DNA from: a virus
Taxonomy: Duplodnaviria > Heunggongvirae > Uroviricota > Caudoviricetes
Virus record (IMG/VR): IMGVR_UViG_3300036766_001364
Location: 1 to 64,000 of that record
Reading direction: 5' to 3' (one strand)
Length of the DNA stretch: 64,000 nucleotides
Shown here: positions 27,998-38,020 of the stretch, piece by piece
Position numbering within the stretch: the stretch's first letter is position 1
Layout: each line of letters starts with the position of its first letter
Notes under the pieces: generated by a model
What the model was told of the DNA's origin: nothing
The model's database searches: none
Seen by the model: the letters and a program-made list of their open reading frames with translations, nothing else
Position numbers and translations under genes: made by a program

Positions 27998-28359
27998 TGG
28001 GTACGCGACAACAGGACCTATTCGTCATCTTCGACGGGCCCCCGGGCCCCACGTCGGGGCGCTTCGTCGAAGTCGAAGACGCCGCCGGTCAGTCCCACAG
28101 ACTGGGCGAATGGGAACAGCGCCTTGACGGAGAGTGGACGCTTGGCCCGATCGCCGCGTTCGACGACGCGTGCCTGATGAAGGTCAAGCCCGGAGAACCG
28201 ATCTTTGTGCTGCGGGCGCAAGACCTGCTCTCGCCCGTGTTCGTGCGCGGTTGGGCGCTCGCCGCACAGGCTGTCGGGCTGCCGAAGGAGAGGTTCGACG
28301 AGGCGATGGCCTGCGCCGCGGCGATGGAGGCGTGGCCGAACAGGAAGATGCCGGACTGA
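27997..28359 (+). CDS. Hypothetical protein (120 aa)
   Basis: ORF in track. Confidence 0.45.
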   Translation: MGTRQQDLFVIFDGPPGPTSGRFVEVEDAAGQSHRLGEWEQRLDGEWTLGPIAAFDDACLMKVKPGEPIFVLRAQDLLSPVFVRGWALAAQAVGLPKERFDEAMACAAAMEAWPNRKMPD

Positions 28360-28595
28360 TGGTCAAGACACCGATCCAAGTCTCCGCCTATGACGTGCGT
28401 TGGGTGGCGCAGACCGTGCACAACGCGTATCACCAGCCGCCCGAGGGGCGAGGTGGCGTTTGGCAGGACTGCTCCAAGACGGTCTGCCGATGGGCGATCC
28501 AGTTGCTGACAAAGCACGACGTAGATGTCGCTGCGCCGTTCGACGCGGCTTTCTCAGAAACGGATCACAACACTCACTCCGAGACGCGGAGATAG
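28359..28595 (+). CDS. Hypothetical protein (78 aa)
   Basis: ATGA overlap. Confidence 0.35.
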   Translation: MVKTPIQVSAYDVRWVAQTVHNAYHQPPEGRGGVWQDCSKTVCRWAIQLLTKHDVDVAAPFDAAFSETDHNTHSETRR

Positions 28596-28612
28596 CGAAA
28601 GAGGAGATTCAA

Positions 28613-28879
28613 ATGACAGAAGACCGGATCAGGCTCGGACAGGTCGTTCGCGATCGGATCACCGGATATGAGGGCACCGTGGTCGCCATCACTCACTGGC
28701 TGTACGGATGCACCAGGTTGGTCCTTCAAGCCAGTGGGCTGCACGAGGGAAAACCGATCGAATCATATGCGTGCGATGAACCACAGTGCGACATCGTCAA
28801 TAAGGACGCTCCAGAACCCGCAGCGCCGCGCCATGGAGATCGCCCACGCGTCAGTCGACACGCGGACCCATCGCGGTGA
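28613..28879 (+). CDS. Hypothetical protein (88 aa)
   Basis: AGAGGAGATTCAA then ATG. Confidence 0.4.
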   Translation: MTEDRIRLGQVVRDRITGYEGTVVAITHWLYGCTRLVLQASGLHEGKPIESYACDEPQCDIVNKDAPEPAAPRHGDRPRVSRHADPSR

Positions 28880-29112
28880 CGGAGGCGACGATCTCAGATT
28901 GCGCGTGTGGCAGATCGCTGCACTACAACGATCCTGAGATCGGCGCGATCATCCGCGACATCTCAGACACGAACGGCGAGTTCATAACCATCAACATCGG
29001 CGAGCGCGCGTTCAAGGTGCAGCGCCACTACATCGCACTCCACGGCATCAAAGCGCAGGACCTCCTGGCGGCGCGCGTGCCGTGCGAGGAGATAACGGAG
29101 AAGAGCGAATGA
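28876..29112 (+). CDS. Hypothetical protein (78 aa)
   Basis: ORF in track. Confidence 0.35.
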   Translation: MTEATISDCACGRSLHYNDPEIGAIIRDISDTNGEFITINIGERAFKVQRHYIALHGIKAQDLLAARVPCEEITEKSE

Positions 29113-29342
29113 ATCCCATATGCGTCACGCACGCGTGCGAGTTCAAGATCCACAAGAACGGCTTCGACGTCCTCGAGAAACACGCTGACGATCGCCCGTA
29201 CCGCGTGAGGTCGGGAGACGCGTACGTCTGTCCCGTGGGCGGCGAGTCGATCGTGTCCGGCTTCGGGAGCCCGATCTATCCCGACCATCCCGCGTTCGAG
29301 CGCGACGCTGGACACGCAGACCTCACCGTGGCGGTGGCGTAG
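29109..29342 (+). CDS. Hypothetical protein (77 aa)
   Basis: ATG inside track ORF 29082. Confidence 0.4.
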   Translation: MNPICVTHACEFKIHKNGFDVLEKHADDRPYRVRSGDAYVCPVGGESIVSGFGSPIYPDHPAFERDAGHADLTVAVA

Positions 29343-29758
29343 TGTCCGCCGACCTGCACATCCACGTCTACCGAGGGCTGACCGAAGACGACCTGCGAGC
29401 GTTCTTCGCCAACACGATGGGTTCGAAATACTTCGCAGGCTGGGACAACCTTACGGACACACCCAAAGAGCGCGCGTACGAGAAGATCAGTAGAACGCCC
29501 GATTTCTGGATCGGTGAGGTGTCGTGGCTGAAGGCCGCGCTGTTCGATGACGGAGCACAGTTCATCCCGTCCACCGTGCAACTGGTGCACGACGCGATCG
29601 GCGAAGACCTTCCCGTACTGACCGACGAGCTCGTGGGCGAGATCGTCGCGGCGTTCGACGCTCCGAACGACACGGGCTACAGGCTCGCCAAGCGCGGCGA
29701 CGTCGAGCGCTTCCTCGCCGAACACGCGGGCGAGAGGCTCTTTACGGTGAGCTGGTGA
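29342..29758 (+). CDS. Hypothetical protein (138 aa)
   Basis: ORF in track. Confidence 0.45.
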   Translation: MSADLHIHVYRGLTEDDLRAFFANTMGSKYFAGWDNLTDTPKERAYEKISRTPDFWIGEVSWLKAALFDDGAQFIPSTVQLVHDAIGEDLPVLTDELVGEIVAAFDAPNDTGYRLAKRGDVERFLAEHAGERLFTVSW

Positions 29759-29973
29759 TGGATATTTTATCGTTGAACAGTCGGAGACATCGGTGGGCCG
29801 TGTGCGGCCCGCGTGAGATGGCGGTCGTCCGCCTTCCCGCCGATGAATGGCGCGCGATGCGCGACCTGATGCAGCGCTACGCCGACGACGTCGCCGCGTG
29901 GGGCGGATCGGTCGCCATCGCCGAGGACTTCCTCAACGCTATCGACACGCTGGACATCGAGGACGAGCCGTGA
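29755..29973 (+). CDS. Hypothetical protein (72 aa)
   Basis: ORF in track. Confidence 0.35.
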   Translation: MMDILSLNSRRHRWAVCGPREMAVVRLPADEWRAMRDLMQRYADDVAAWGGSVAIAEDFLNAIDTLDIEDEP

Positions 29974-30182
29974 AGCCGATCCTCTCTCGCGATCTTTACG
30001 TGGCGGTGCTCGTGATCCAGGTGTTCGCGCTTGGAATGATCGCGACGCTGATCGCGAGCGCGATGTTCTCGCCTGCGACCGCCGCCGCGTTTGGAGTCTT
30101 CTTGAGCGCCGTCGTCGTCGTCGCGTCGTGTGTCGCGATATACTTGCGCCACAGAGCGCGTGAACAGAGCGCGCGCCGTTGA
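29970..30182 (+). CDS. Small membrane protein (2 TM segments)
   Basis: GTG start; hydrophobic. Confidence 0.35.
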   Translation: MKPILSRDLYVAVLVIQVFALGMIATLIASAMFSPATAAAFGVFLSAVVVVASCVAIYLRHRAREQSARR

Positions 30183-30438
30183 ACAGGGCTCTCAAACACA
30201 GACGGCCACGAGTCGTCACGATCGAGATCTGTCTTCGCCACAGACCGCTGCGGCTGGACTATGCGGCCTGGCACGAGGAAGCCGAGCGTCGCCACTCGGC
30301 GGGTCGGAAACAGAAGCGGTGTCCAGACTGCGAGCACTGGTTCTGGAGCGACGAGATGGGATCGAAGCGATGATTTAAACGATTCACTCAGTCATCCATC
30401 GACATACATCTCAGAGCATCGATCTACAGGAGGTCCCA

Positions 30439-31431
30439 ATGGCTTGGATAGGTTTCGTCATCTTTTTCACGCTCGCGCTCGGTGGGGCGATCGCCTTCGC
30501 GCGATTCTACGACGCCGAACCCAGACCCACAACGGGCGAATATGGGAATGCCATTGCGCCAACCGACACGCGCCCGTGGACGCGACGCATTAGGCGTTAC
30601 TCGGTCATCGCGTACGCCGTGCTCGTGGCGCTCTTCTCGTTCCTCTTTTCGGTCAACGTCATCCAAGCGGGAGACGTCGGCATCGTCTATCAGTTCGGCT
30701 CGATCGTCGGACAGCGGGACGCGGGGTTCCAGCTCACCTTCCCGTGGCAGAGCATCACGACTCAGAGCGTCCAGGTCCAGCGGTTCTCGAACAACGGCGA
30801 GAAGGACCAGCCGTACGTCGGCTTCTCGAAAGAGACCCAGGACGTCTTCATCAGGGCCACGGTCAACTACTCGGTCTCGCCGGACGCCGTCCAGAACCTC
30901 TATCGCACGGTCGGCAGCGATTGGTTCAACAAGCTCGTCGCCCCGAGAGTGCAGAACTTTCTCAAGGAAGAGACCGTCAAGTACTCTGTTACAGACATCG
31001 CGCCGCAGCGCGAACAGATCCGCCTCGCCGTGAAACAGCGGCTCATCAACGAGCTGAAGCCCTACTCGATCACGGTCCAGGACTTCCTCCTCGACAACGT
31101 CGACTTCGACCAGTCGTTCAAGGATTCTATCCTCGCAAAACAGCGGGCCGTCCAGGACGCCGAAGCGGCCAAGAACAAGGTCGAGCAGACGAAGGCAGAA
31201 GCGCAGCAGGCCGTCGAGCAGGCGACGGGTCAGGCGAACGCGGCCGTCGCGTTGGCCACCGGTCAGGCCAAAGCGAACGACCTGCTCAACGCGTCGCTGA
31301 CGCAGAACGTGCTCGAATACGCGGCCATCAACAAGTTCTCGCCCAACGTCCAGATCGCGCTCATCCCGTCTGGGCAGGGGCTCATCTTGGACCCGTCGAC
31401 GTTCCTGAAGCCGGTGACGGCGGGGAAGTGA
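30439..31431 (+). CDS. SPFH/band-7 (prohibitin/HflK-like) membrane protein with a C-terminal coiled coil
   Basis: N-terminal TM, then the SPFH core VNVIQAGDVGIVYQFGSIV...FIRATVNYSV...ILAKQRAVQDAEAAKN. Confidence 0.8.
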   Translation: MAWIGFVIFFTLALGGAIAFARFYDAEPRPTTGEYGNAIAPTDTRPWTRRIRRYSVIAYAVLVALFSFLFSVNVIQAGDVGIVYQFGSIVGQRDAGFQLTFPWQSITTQSVQVQRFSNNGEKDQPYVGFSKETQDVFIRATVNYSVSPDAVQNLYRTVGSDWFNKLVAPRVQNFLKEETVKYSVTDIAPQREQIRLAVKQRLINELKPYSITVQDFLLDNVDFDQSFKDSILAKQRAVQDAEAAKNKVEQTKAEAQQAVEQATGQANAAVALATGQAKANDLLNASLTQNVLEYAAINKFSPNVQIALIPSGQGLILDPSTFLKPVTAGK

Positions 31432-31815
31432 ACGCAGAGATCCTCAGCGGTCCCTTCCGCCACGGCGTCCGCGCCGATGGGCGGGAGGGACGCTGCAACA
31501 GGCCGGGCTGCCCGGGTTCGCACGCGTATGCGTTCGACAACGCGCACCCGATCTACAGTTCGGACGGCGCCTTGAAGCACTACAGCGCCTGCAGACGGGC
31601 AGACTGTAAGATAGCGCGATGAGAAAGAGGCTGGGGATTCTCTCAACGCTCCGCCAGGGTAGAGTATCGCGAAGCACGGCGGTAACGCGCCGGTCGAGGA
31701 GAAGACGCACAATGTTGTATGCGAACGGACGCCCGACGATCGGGCTGATCGAGCCGGTGCACGCGCCGGCGCCGACAGAGAGAGAGCCCTGAGGGCGGCA
31801 CTGTGCGCTGCGACG

Positions 31816-32457
31816 TTGACCGTGGCGCTGCTCGCGATGGCCTGCCAGGCCGTCGGAGAAAGAGAAGATCAACAGGAAATTCGCGTGGGGACCGATCGCG
31901 CCCTGTCGGCGTCCACGCCCATCGAGGCAACGGCGCCCGTGGGGGAGACGCCGACGATGCCGAGCGTGCCGGCGACGGTCAGCGCAGAGACGGGCGCGGT
32001 CGACGCGGCCAGCGCTGGGGTCGCTTCGCCGATCTCATCGAGACCGACGGCCGCGGTATCTGCGACTGTCACAGTAGAAAACAGAGTCTTGGCGGTCGCC
32101 CATTACCTGCGCGGGACGCCTCTCGAGGGCGAGGCCGCGATGCTCGTGAGAGTGGCCGCAGACTTCGACATAGACTGGAGGACGCTCCCGGCGATCGCGA
32201 TCAGAGAATCGTCGGGCGGGGCAGCGGCCTGTGGTTTCAACGCGTGGGGGCTCGGCAACTGCGAGGGCCCGGCGTTCTCGTCGTGGGAAGAAGCGGCGCG
32301 CGCATCGGCGAAGCTCTTCGTCGAAGTGGGGGGACGCGACGACCCGTATTACGCGCTGCGCGTGTGGCAGGCGGGCGGAAACGGCGCCGCGGCCGGCGGG
32401 GGACTGTCCTACGCCACCGAGGTCGCTCAGATGATGGACGCCATGGGCCCGGCGTGA
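31816..32457 (+). CDS. Putative lipoprotein; its C-terminal domain may be lytic-transglycosylase-like
   Basis: LLAMAC lipobox-like signal, S/T/A-rich linker, AIAIRESSGG...NAWGLG; start is uncertain (31804-31816). Confidence 0.45.
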   Translation: MTVALLAMACQAVGEREDQQEIRVGTDRALSASTPIEATAPVGETPTMPSVPATVSAETGAVDAASAGVASPISSRPTAAVSATVTVENRVLAVAHYLRGTPLEGEAAMLVRVAADFDIDWRTLPAIAIRESSGGAAACGFNAWGLGNCEGPAFSSWEEAARASAKLFVEVGGRDDPYYALRVWQAGGNGAAAGGGLSYATEVAQMMDAMGPA

Positions 32458-32482
32458 TGGGACGCGCATTCGACGCTCTCCT

Positions 32483-32492
32483 GTACTAAAAT
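32483..32492 (+). promoter_or_regulatory. Promoter-like tgtacTAAAAT 20 nt upstream of the ATG at 32513 (RBS GAGGAGG)
   Basis: AT-rich island; identical core at 34495. Confidence 0.45.
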
Positions 32493-32512
32493 AGAATACA
32501 CGAGGAGGCGCG

Positions 32513-32737
32513 ATGCCAGACTTCACGATCAATCCCGTGCGGAGCACGTTCCACGTGCGCGAGTACCGCATCGTCAGCGTCGACTTGGACAAGTACTACG
32601 GTCGCGTCTTCACCGACCACGATTCGCGCGGGTGGATCGCAGTCGACGTAGACGACGGTGAGGCGTCCGGGTTCACCAACAAGCATCGGGCGGCAGCCCA
32701 CCTGTTCGGGCTCGGCGGCAAGGCGTGGAAGTGGTGA
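32513..32737 (+). CDS. Hypothetical protein (74 aa)
   Basis: Good RBS and promoter-like motif. Confidence 0.45.
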   Translation: MPDFTINPVRSTFHVREYRIVSVDLDKYYGRVFTDHDSRGWIAVDVDDGEASGFTNKHRAAAHLFGLGGKAWKW

Positions 32738-32798
32738 TCCTCCAGAGAGTCTCACGTGGTAGGATCCCCCGAGACTAAAAACCGAGGAGATCAAACCC

Positions 32799-33842
32799 GT
32801 GAAGATCGCGACCGTCGAGACGGGCAAGGGCACAGACCTGGAGAGCGCGCTGGCGTACGCCACGCCGCGCGCGAGAGAGCACATGCTCGTGGGCATGGAC
32901 GAGCTGCGGATCGACGGCGATTCGGGCGAGCTCGTCTACGGTGACGGGCGCTACACGATGACGGGCAGGGCCGCCGAGCGACTCGCGGGACGCTTGGGCA
33001 TCAACCCGCGCTACGCTCTGAAGATCCCCAACGACCTGGCGGCGACCAACTTCAACACGTTCCTCGAGACTGCCCAAGGCCACGCTCAGATGTGCGTCGA
33101 GGTCAGACCAGACGGCGAGCACGTCGTGACCGGGTTCCTCCGCGAAGGGACGATGCCAGTCGAGCCCATCCAGCTCATCGAGGCGTTGGGAGACAGGCTC
33201 AACGACAACCTCAGGCTCCACACGTGGACGTCGAACGACGCCGGCCTCATCTTTCGCACGGGCTGGCAGTCGATGGCGGTCGAGCCGCGCGTGGGAGACA
33301 TCGTCTACGGCGGCGCAGACGTCACTCTCTACGAGGACGAAGACGTCGCGCTCTCGACGCGCGGGATACTCTTGCGGCTCATCTGCACGAACGGCGCGAC
33401 GACGCCGATCATGTCGTCGGTCCGTCGGAGCGTGCGGCGCGACATGGGCGCGGACCCCGCCGCGCGGATCCAGACGGCGCTCGACGCGGGCGAGGACGCT
33501 GCTCAGATCGCTCACGGCGCGTCTGAGAACCTCCGGCGCATGACGACCATGGAGCTCGCTGACATGCCCGTCGAGTTCGAAGACCGGGTGGGATACGTCG
33601 GGCTCGCCTGCCGAGCGATCGCCTCTCGACCGATCCGTGGCACGGCGAACATCGAGGCCGTGGCCGAGGCGATATCGACCGAAGAACGCACCCTCTACGG
33701 CCTCTACAACGCGATCACGCGGATCGGTCGCGACGCCGTGTGGGACCGTCGGCGCGAGCGGTACGAGTCGGCGGGGCTGTGCCTGGCAGTCGACCCGGAC
33801 CCCGTGGCCGCGGCGCTGCTCGAGTTCGACTCAGAAGACTGA
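32799..33842 (+). CDS. Hypothetical protein (347 aa)
   Basis: GAGGAG RBS then GTG; normal composition. Confidence 0.55.
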   Translation: MKIATVETGKGTDLESALAYATPRAREHMLVGMDELRIDGDSGELVYGDGRYTMTGRAAERLAGRLGINPRYALKIPNDLAATNFNTFLETAQGHAQMCVEVRPDGEHVVTGFLREGTMPVEPIQLIEALGDRLNDNLRLHTWTSNDAGLIFRTGWQSMAVEPRVGDIVYGGADVTLYEDEDVALSTRGILLRLICTNGATTPIMSSVRRSVRRDMGADPAARIQTALDAGEDAAQIAHGASENLRRMTTMELADMPVEFEDRVGYVGLACRAIASRPIRGTANIEAVAEAISTEERTLYGLYNAITRIGRDAVWDRRRERYESAGLCLAVDPDPVAAALLEFDSED

Positions 33843-33944
33843 TCTGAGCGTTCTGGATGGTCAAGAGCGGCCGCGACGCCGTTCAGTCGGGGAATCCTGC
33901 CGGATCGGACGGTATCCTATACGCGTGGATGAAGAGGCGTCGCC

Positions 33945-34463
33945 GTGACGACAGACGCGATCGCTCGACTGCTCGCCGAGCTCGGGTTCACGGTGACGGC
34001 TCAGGACGGCGACGCGGTGATCGCCACGGTCACCGATCCCGTCCGAGACTCGGTCCTGGTCATGGCCGTGCTCGCGAGCTTTGGCGCCCACCTCAGTTCC
34101 ATCAACTACGGGAAGAGCGTCAGCGGGATGTTCGACCCGCTGCGCCGAAGCGCGACCGTGGCGGTGACGGGGATCGGTGACGCCGACATCGTCCGCGGCG
34201 CCACCGTCAAGAAGCCGGCGGCGAACGCGCGCGTCGGCGGGGACAATTATATCCACTCGACGTTCGATCACGCCGTGACGGCGTGCGGTCGGGCCGCGAG
34301 CTACGTGTACCGGACAGAACCGGGACCCGTCGACTGTCCTGAGTGCGCCGAGTGGGCGCGAAGGATCATCGCCGCCGTCGGCGCCACCGGACCAGAGGGT
34401 CGGATGGCCATCGCCAAGATGGCGGTGAGGCGCGCCGAGTACGAGGAGCGCATGGGCGACTGA
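33945..34463 (+). CDS. Hypothetical protein (172 aa)
   Basis: ORF in track. Confidence 0.45.
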   Translation: MTTDAIARLLAELGFTVTAQDGDAVIATVTDPVRDSVLVMAVLASFGAHLSSINYGKSVSGMFDPLRRSATVAVTGIGDADIVRGATVKKPAANARVGGDNYIHSTFDHAVTACGRAASYVYRTEPGPVDCPECAEWARRIIAAVGATGPEGRMAIAKMAVRRAEYEERMGD

Positions 34464-34494
34464 AGAGAGAGCCCGTGTTCTTCTTCCACTTTGT

Positions 34495-34504
34495 GTACTA
34501 AAAT
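34495..34504 (+). promoter_or_regulatory. Promoter-like tgtgtacTAAAAT 30 nt upstream of the ATG at 34534
   Basis: AT-rich island; identical to 32483. Confidence 0.45.
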
Positions 34505-34533
34505 AAGGGCATCACAACAAAGGGAATAAGCAG

Positions 34534-35049
34534 ATGCCGACCAATACGCTCACGCGACCGAGCGCGAAGACGCCGAGATCCAAGAAGAAATCGCTTCCCA
34601 AGATCCGCAAGCCCCTCAGCAGCGCGACGCGCGCCGCCCTGCAGCCGCTCATCGTCAAGCTGAACGAGGCCAAGACCCAGAAAGCCGCGGCCGAGAAAGA
34701 ACACGACGCGGTTCGCGACCAGATCGTCGCGATCGTCCGCGATCGGCAGCTGCCGATCGTGGGACCGAAGTCCGAGTACCTCAACTCGAACACCATCGAC
34801 AAGGCGCTCTGCGTCACCCGCCCCGAGCCCAAGCTCACCGTCGACCCGACCAAGCTCTTCGAAGCCGTCGGGCCCGCCGTGTTCTTCAAGGTCTGTCGGG
34901 TGCTCAAGGTCGACTTCAACCTCGCGATGTGGGAAGTCCTCAAGGAGCAGGAGATGGTCACCGACGAGCAGCTGACCAGGTCGCTGCCCGACGAGGACCC
35001 AGACGCTAAGGACTCGATCACGATCTCGCTCGCCGCGATCCAGAAATAG
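34534..35049 (+). CDS. Hypothetical protein with a basic N-terminus (171 aa)
   Basis: AAGGGAATAAG RBS; strong promoter-like motif upstream. Confidence 0.5.
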   Translation: MPTNTLTRPSAKTPRSKKKSLPKIRKPLSSATRAALQPLIVKLNEAKTQKAAAEKEHDAVRDQIVAIVRDRQLPIVGPKSEYLNSNTIDKALCVTRPEPKLTVDPTKLFEAVGPAVFFKVCRVLKVDFNLAMWEVLKEQEMVTDEQLTRSLPDEDPDAKDSITISLAAIQK

Positions 35050-35104
35050 CGGATCGCGCGGGCGATCTCGACCGCGACGACCGAACACTGAAGGAGACGA
35101 AAGC

Positions 35105-35326
35105 ATGGCAGACACGTGTAGCCACGGGTTCATCGATCCGCTCGCGTTGGATGCGCTTCTCTCTGAGATGCGCGACATCACCGGTGCAGAATGCGTCGAG
35201 GTGCGCATCTCGCGATCTCCGACGGGGACCGGCGCAGTCCTGTGGGTGAACACGGAGAAGGGGTGCGTCCTGCGGATCTGCCGGGTCAAGGAGCTGAACA
35301 TCGAGGACGAGAGGAAGACGCGATGA
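35105..35326 (+). CDS. Hypothetical protein (73 aa)
   Basis: AAGGAGACGAAAGC then ATG. Confidence 0.4.
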   Translation: MADTCSHGFIDPLALDALLSEMRDITGAECVEVRISRSPTGTGAVLWVNTEKGCVLRICRVKELNIEDERKTR

Positions 35327-35787
35327 GCCGAGAAGCGCGGCGCGCGCCCAAGAACTTCAACTGGCCGCTGCACGAGGTCTGGTGGGGGTACGTCCTCGAT
35401 CCGATGCCGTGCCAGGAACGGTTCGAGGACGGCGACCACGCCGAGTGTCAGGTCTGCGAGGGTGAAGGCCGCGTCTACTCCAGGATCGAATGTCCCGCGT
35501 TCGCCGTGAACGACCAGACTGACGGGCAGAAGCGCCGCGCTGAGCGCCTCGACTACGGCTGGCAGATGTGGGAGACGACGAGTGAGGGTTCACCGACGTC
35601 TCCCGTGTGCGACTCGCCCGAGGAGCTCGCGCACTGGCTGACCGACAGCGGCGCTTCGACGTTCGCGGGCATGACGACCACCTACAAGAGATGGCTCGCG
35701 ATGATCCGGGCCGGGAGCAGCGTCGCGTCCACGGTCGCGATCGGCGATCAGCTGGTGTCTGGAGTCGACGCGGTCTCAGATGTCTAG
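35323..35787 (+). CDS. Hypothetical protein (154 aa)
   Basis: ATG inside track ORF 35191. Confidence 0.45.
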   Translation: MSREARRAPKNFNWPLHEVWWGYVLDPMPCQERFEDGDHAECQVCEGEGRVYSRIECPAFAVNDQTDGQKRRAERLDYGWQMWETTSEGSPTSPVCDSPEELAHWLTDSGASTFAGMTTTYKRWLAMIRAGSSVASTVAIGDQLVSGVDAVSDV

Positions 35788-35823
35788 GGTGAGGCGAAGG
35801 ATCTCATCGATCAGATCTGCGAC

Positions 35824-37857
35824 GTGACGAACCTCTCGACAGAGACGGTCAGTCGGCCAGATCGGCTCTCGCGTGATAAGATTGTCCCAACAGCAACGGG
35901 ACAGGGATGTCGCATGCGGGTCAACGATCTAGTCAACGACGCGCTCTTGAGATGGGCCGGTCTGCACGCGGGCGAGAAGAACTCCTGGGAATTCAATGAA
36001 CAGCGCCGGGACCTGAACGCAAGCCGGGACCTCGATCCCACGGGCCTGACCGCGTTCATGATGGTCCGCGGCCTGCTCGAAGAGTGGCTGAAAGATCGGA
36101 CGTTCACCGGCCTCGATATCGTCACCGATTTCGCCGACGTCTCCGAGAAATTAGCGCCCGCGCGCGCGCTCAGAGAACTGCTGGAAGACCCCCAGATCGC
36201 GGCGATCAGCGACGCGTTCGTCGACAAACTCAGGGACGCGGCGAAACACTACGCTCTGTCTGAGGGACGGGCGCTGGCATTCGAGGACCTCCTGGCAGAC
36301 AAGTACGACCTCGCTTACGTCCGCCGAGACGCCCTCCGGTCTATGGAGCGTCTCGCTGCGCACCAGTTCGTCCAGGGAGAGCCAGACGCCGCTCCGCTCA
36401 AGTTCAACCCCGAGATCTTCGAGTTCTGGAACGTGAACTCGCTGCTCAGGGCGATGATCGGACAGAAGGAGTCTGGCATCACTCTCTGCCTCATCAGGGA
36501 CCCCGAGTTAGAATTGGCCTCGTACTTCGTTTTCGCGGTGCGCAACGGCGAGACCCTGACGATCCTCACCGACCGGGAAGAAGGGCCTCATCCCGCCTTC
36601 AACAGGATGTCAAGGCGCCCAGACAGGAACTTTGAAAGACGAGCGGCGAAGCACTGGTTTCCGTACCACTTGCTCGATCTTGAGCGGACGCCGGACGACG
36701 AGTACCTCAAGGTGAAAGCGCGCAGCGCACTGGTGCCGATCGACGCGAAAGCGGTCGTGCTGGCTTGCGTCGGAGACCTCTATCCAGAAGAGTTCGTCTG
36801 GCTGACGCTCGTCTTTGAGCTGATCCTCGACCGCTACGGTCGGCAGAACGCCCTCCTTCCTGAGGTCTCCTACACCGGTGAGATGGTGGTCGCGCCCAAC
36901 GCTCTCATCGGCGAACACGGCGCCCTGGCGGTCGCGGAACGGTACACGCCGCTTGCCATGGCCTCACTCACCAGGAAAGACGTGACCGCGAAGACGACCA
37001 GAAAGCAGTGGGCCAGAGAGCCCGTGCTCTGGAACCGGTGGATGATCGAGCGCTACGGTGATCAAGTCCCAGACGAAGTCCTCAATCCGGTCGGAGAGGG
37101 TGCTCGCCTCATCGTTGAAGCCGCTGTCGACGCGCTCGCGCTCGATCCCGCAGACCGTCGCCTCGCGCTCTTCGAGAAGAAGCCAAGGCGCGTAGAAACG
37201 CTCTCTCCGGTCACCTTTGGGACGCGCGACAAGCTCGAGAAAGACAGGCTCTGGGTGGCGCGCGTGAACCAGATGCGGACCATCGACAGGCTCGCCAGAG
37301 ACGAGTACGAGCGCGAGAATAAAGCGATCCGCGCCTGGTGCAAGGAACGCCTCAGCGCTAACCGCGAGGCGCTCCTCGACGCCGCAGCGTGCGGCGAATT
37401 GCTCGGGCCGCGTCAGTCGTTCTGGGAAAAGGGAACGATCGGATTTTTGCACGGGTACGCCAAAGAGGAGCGCACAAACCTGCTCTCGCAGCGCGTCGAT
37501 CGGCCAAACGGGGGCGGGTACGCGGACTTCGGCGTCGACGAGGGCGAGACGCCCGCGCTCTACTCTCACGTCGCGCCGACATGTCCGGGAGCGTTGGCCA
37601 TCCTGTACGGCGTGGCCGAAGAAGACCTGCCGTGGCCCCTGAGGCACTGGTACCCCGACGAGCCGTATAGGGGGAACTCGATCCTGGAGCGTCTTGACCC
37701 CGAGGACTGGATCCTTAAGAATCCGTGGAGAGGGATTGGCCTCTCCCTCCGTATCGCGCAGTCTCGCAGTGCCTACAACGCGCGCCGCAAGGCTCTAGGG
37801 TTGCCGCTCAAGCGGCTGCCAGAGCCTCCGCCGAAAGATGATGAGAGATGGCGATGA
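35824..37857 (+). CDS. Large hypothetical protein (about 677 aa) of unknown function; alternative ATG start at 35911
   Basis: Long ORF with balanced composition; no motif recognised. Confidence 0.6.
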   Translation: MTNLSTETVSRPDRLSRDKIVPTATGQGCRMRVNDLVNDALLRWAGLHAGEKNSWEFNEQRRDLNASRDLDPTGLTAFMMVRGLLEEWLKDRTFTGLDIVTDFADVSEKLAPARALRELLEDPQIAAISDAFVDKLRDAAKHYALSEGRALAFEDLLADKYDLAYVRRDALRSMERLAAHQFVQGEPDAAPLKFNPEIFEFWNVNSLLRAMIGQKESGITLCLIRDPELELASYFVFAVRNGETLTILTDREEGPHPAFNRMSRRPDRNFERRAAKHWFPYHLLDLERTPDDEYLKVKARSALVPIDAKAVVLACVGDLYPEEFVWLTLVFELILDRYGRQNALLPEVSYTGEMVVAPNALIGEHGALAVAERYTPLAMASLTRKDVTAKTTRKQWAREPVLWNRWMIERYGDQVPDEVLNPVGEGARLIVEAAVDALALDPADRRLALFEKKPRRVETLSPVTFGTRDKLEKDRLWVARVNQMRTIDRLARDEYERENKAIRAWCKERLSANREALLDAAACGELLGPRQSFWEKGTIGFLHGYAKEERTNLLSQRVDRPNGGGYADFGVDEGETPALYSHVAPTCPGALAILYGVAEEDLPWPLRHWYPDEPYRGNSILERLDPEDWILKNPWRGIGLSLRIAQSRSAYNARRKALGLPLKRLPEPPPKDDERWR

Positions 37858-38020
37858 TCGACGCGCGTGGAGACCGAGTGATGGTGCTCTATCGGGGGTC
37901 GTGGCCGCTCTACATGGATCGAGGCGTGGTGGTCGCCTTCTATCAGACGCGCGTCGAGGTCCAATTCGATCAGGTCGTCGGCGCGCAGCGTGGCGATCCG
38001 AAGCACCTGAGGCGGCTGCC

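Noticed and set aside
34498-35439. 313-aa minus-strand ORF opposite 34534..35326
   Set aside because: The + strand genes have a promoter-like motif and good RBSs. The minus frame is Arg/Leu-rich junk.
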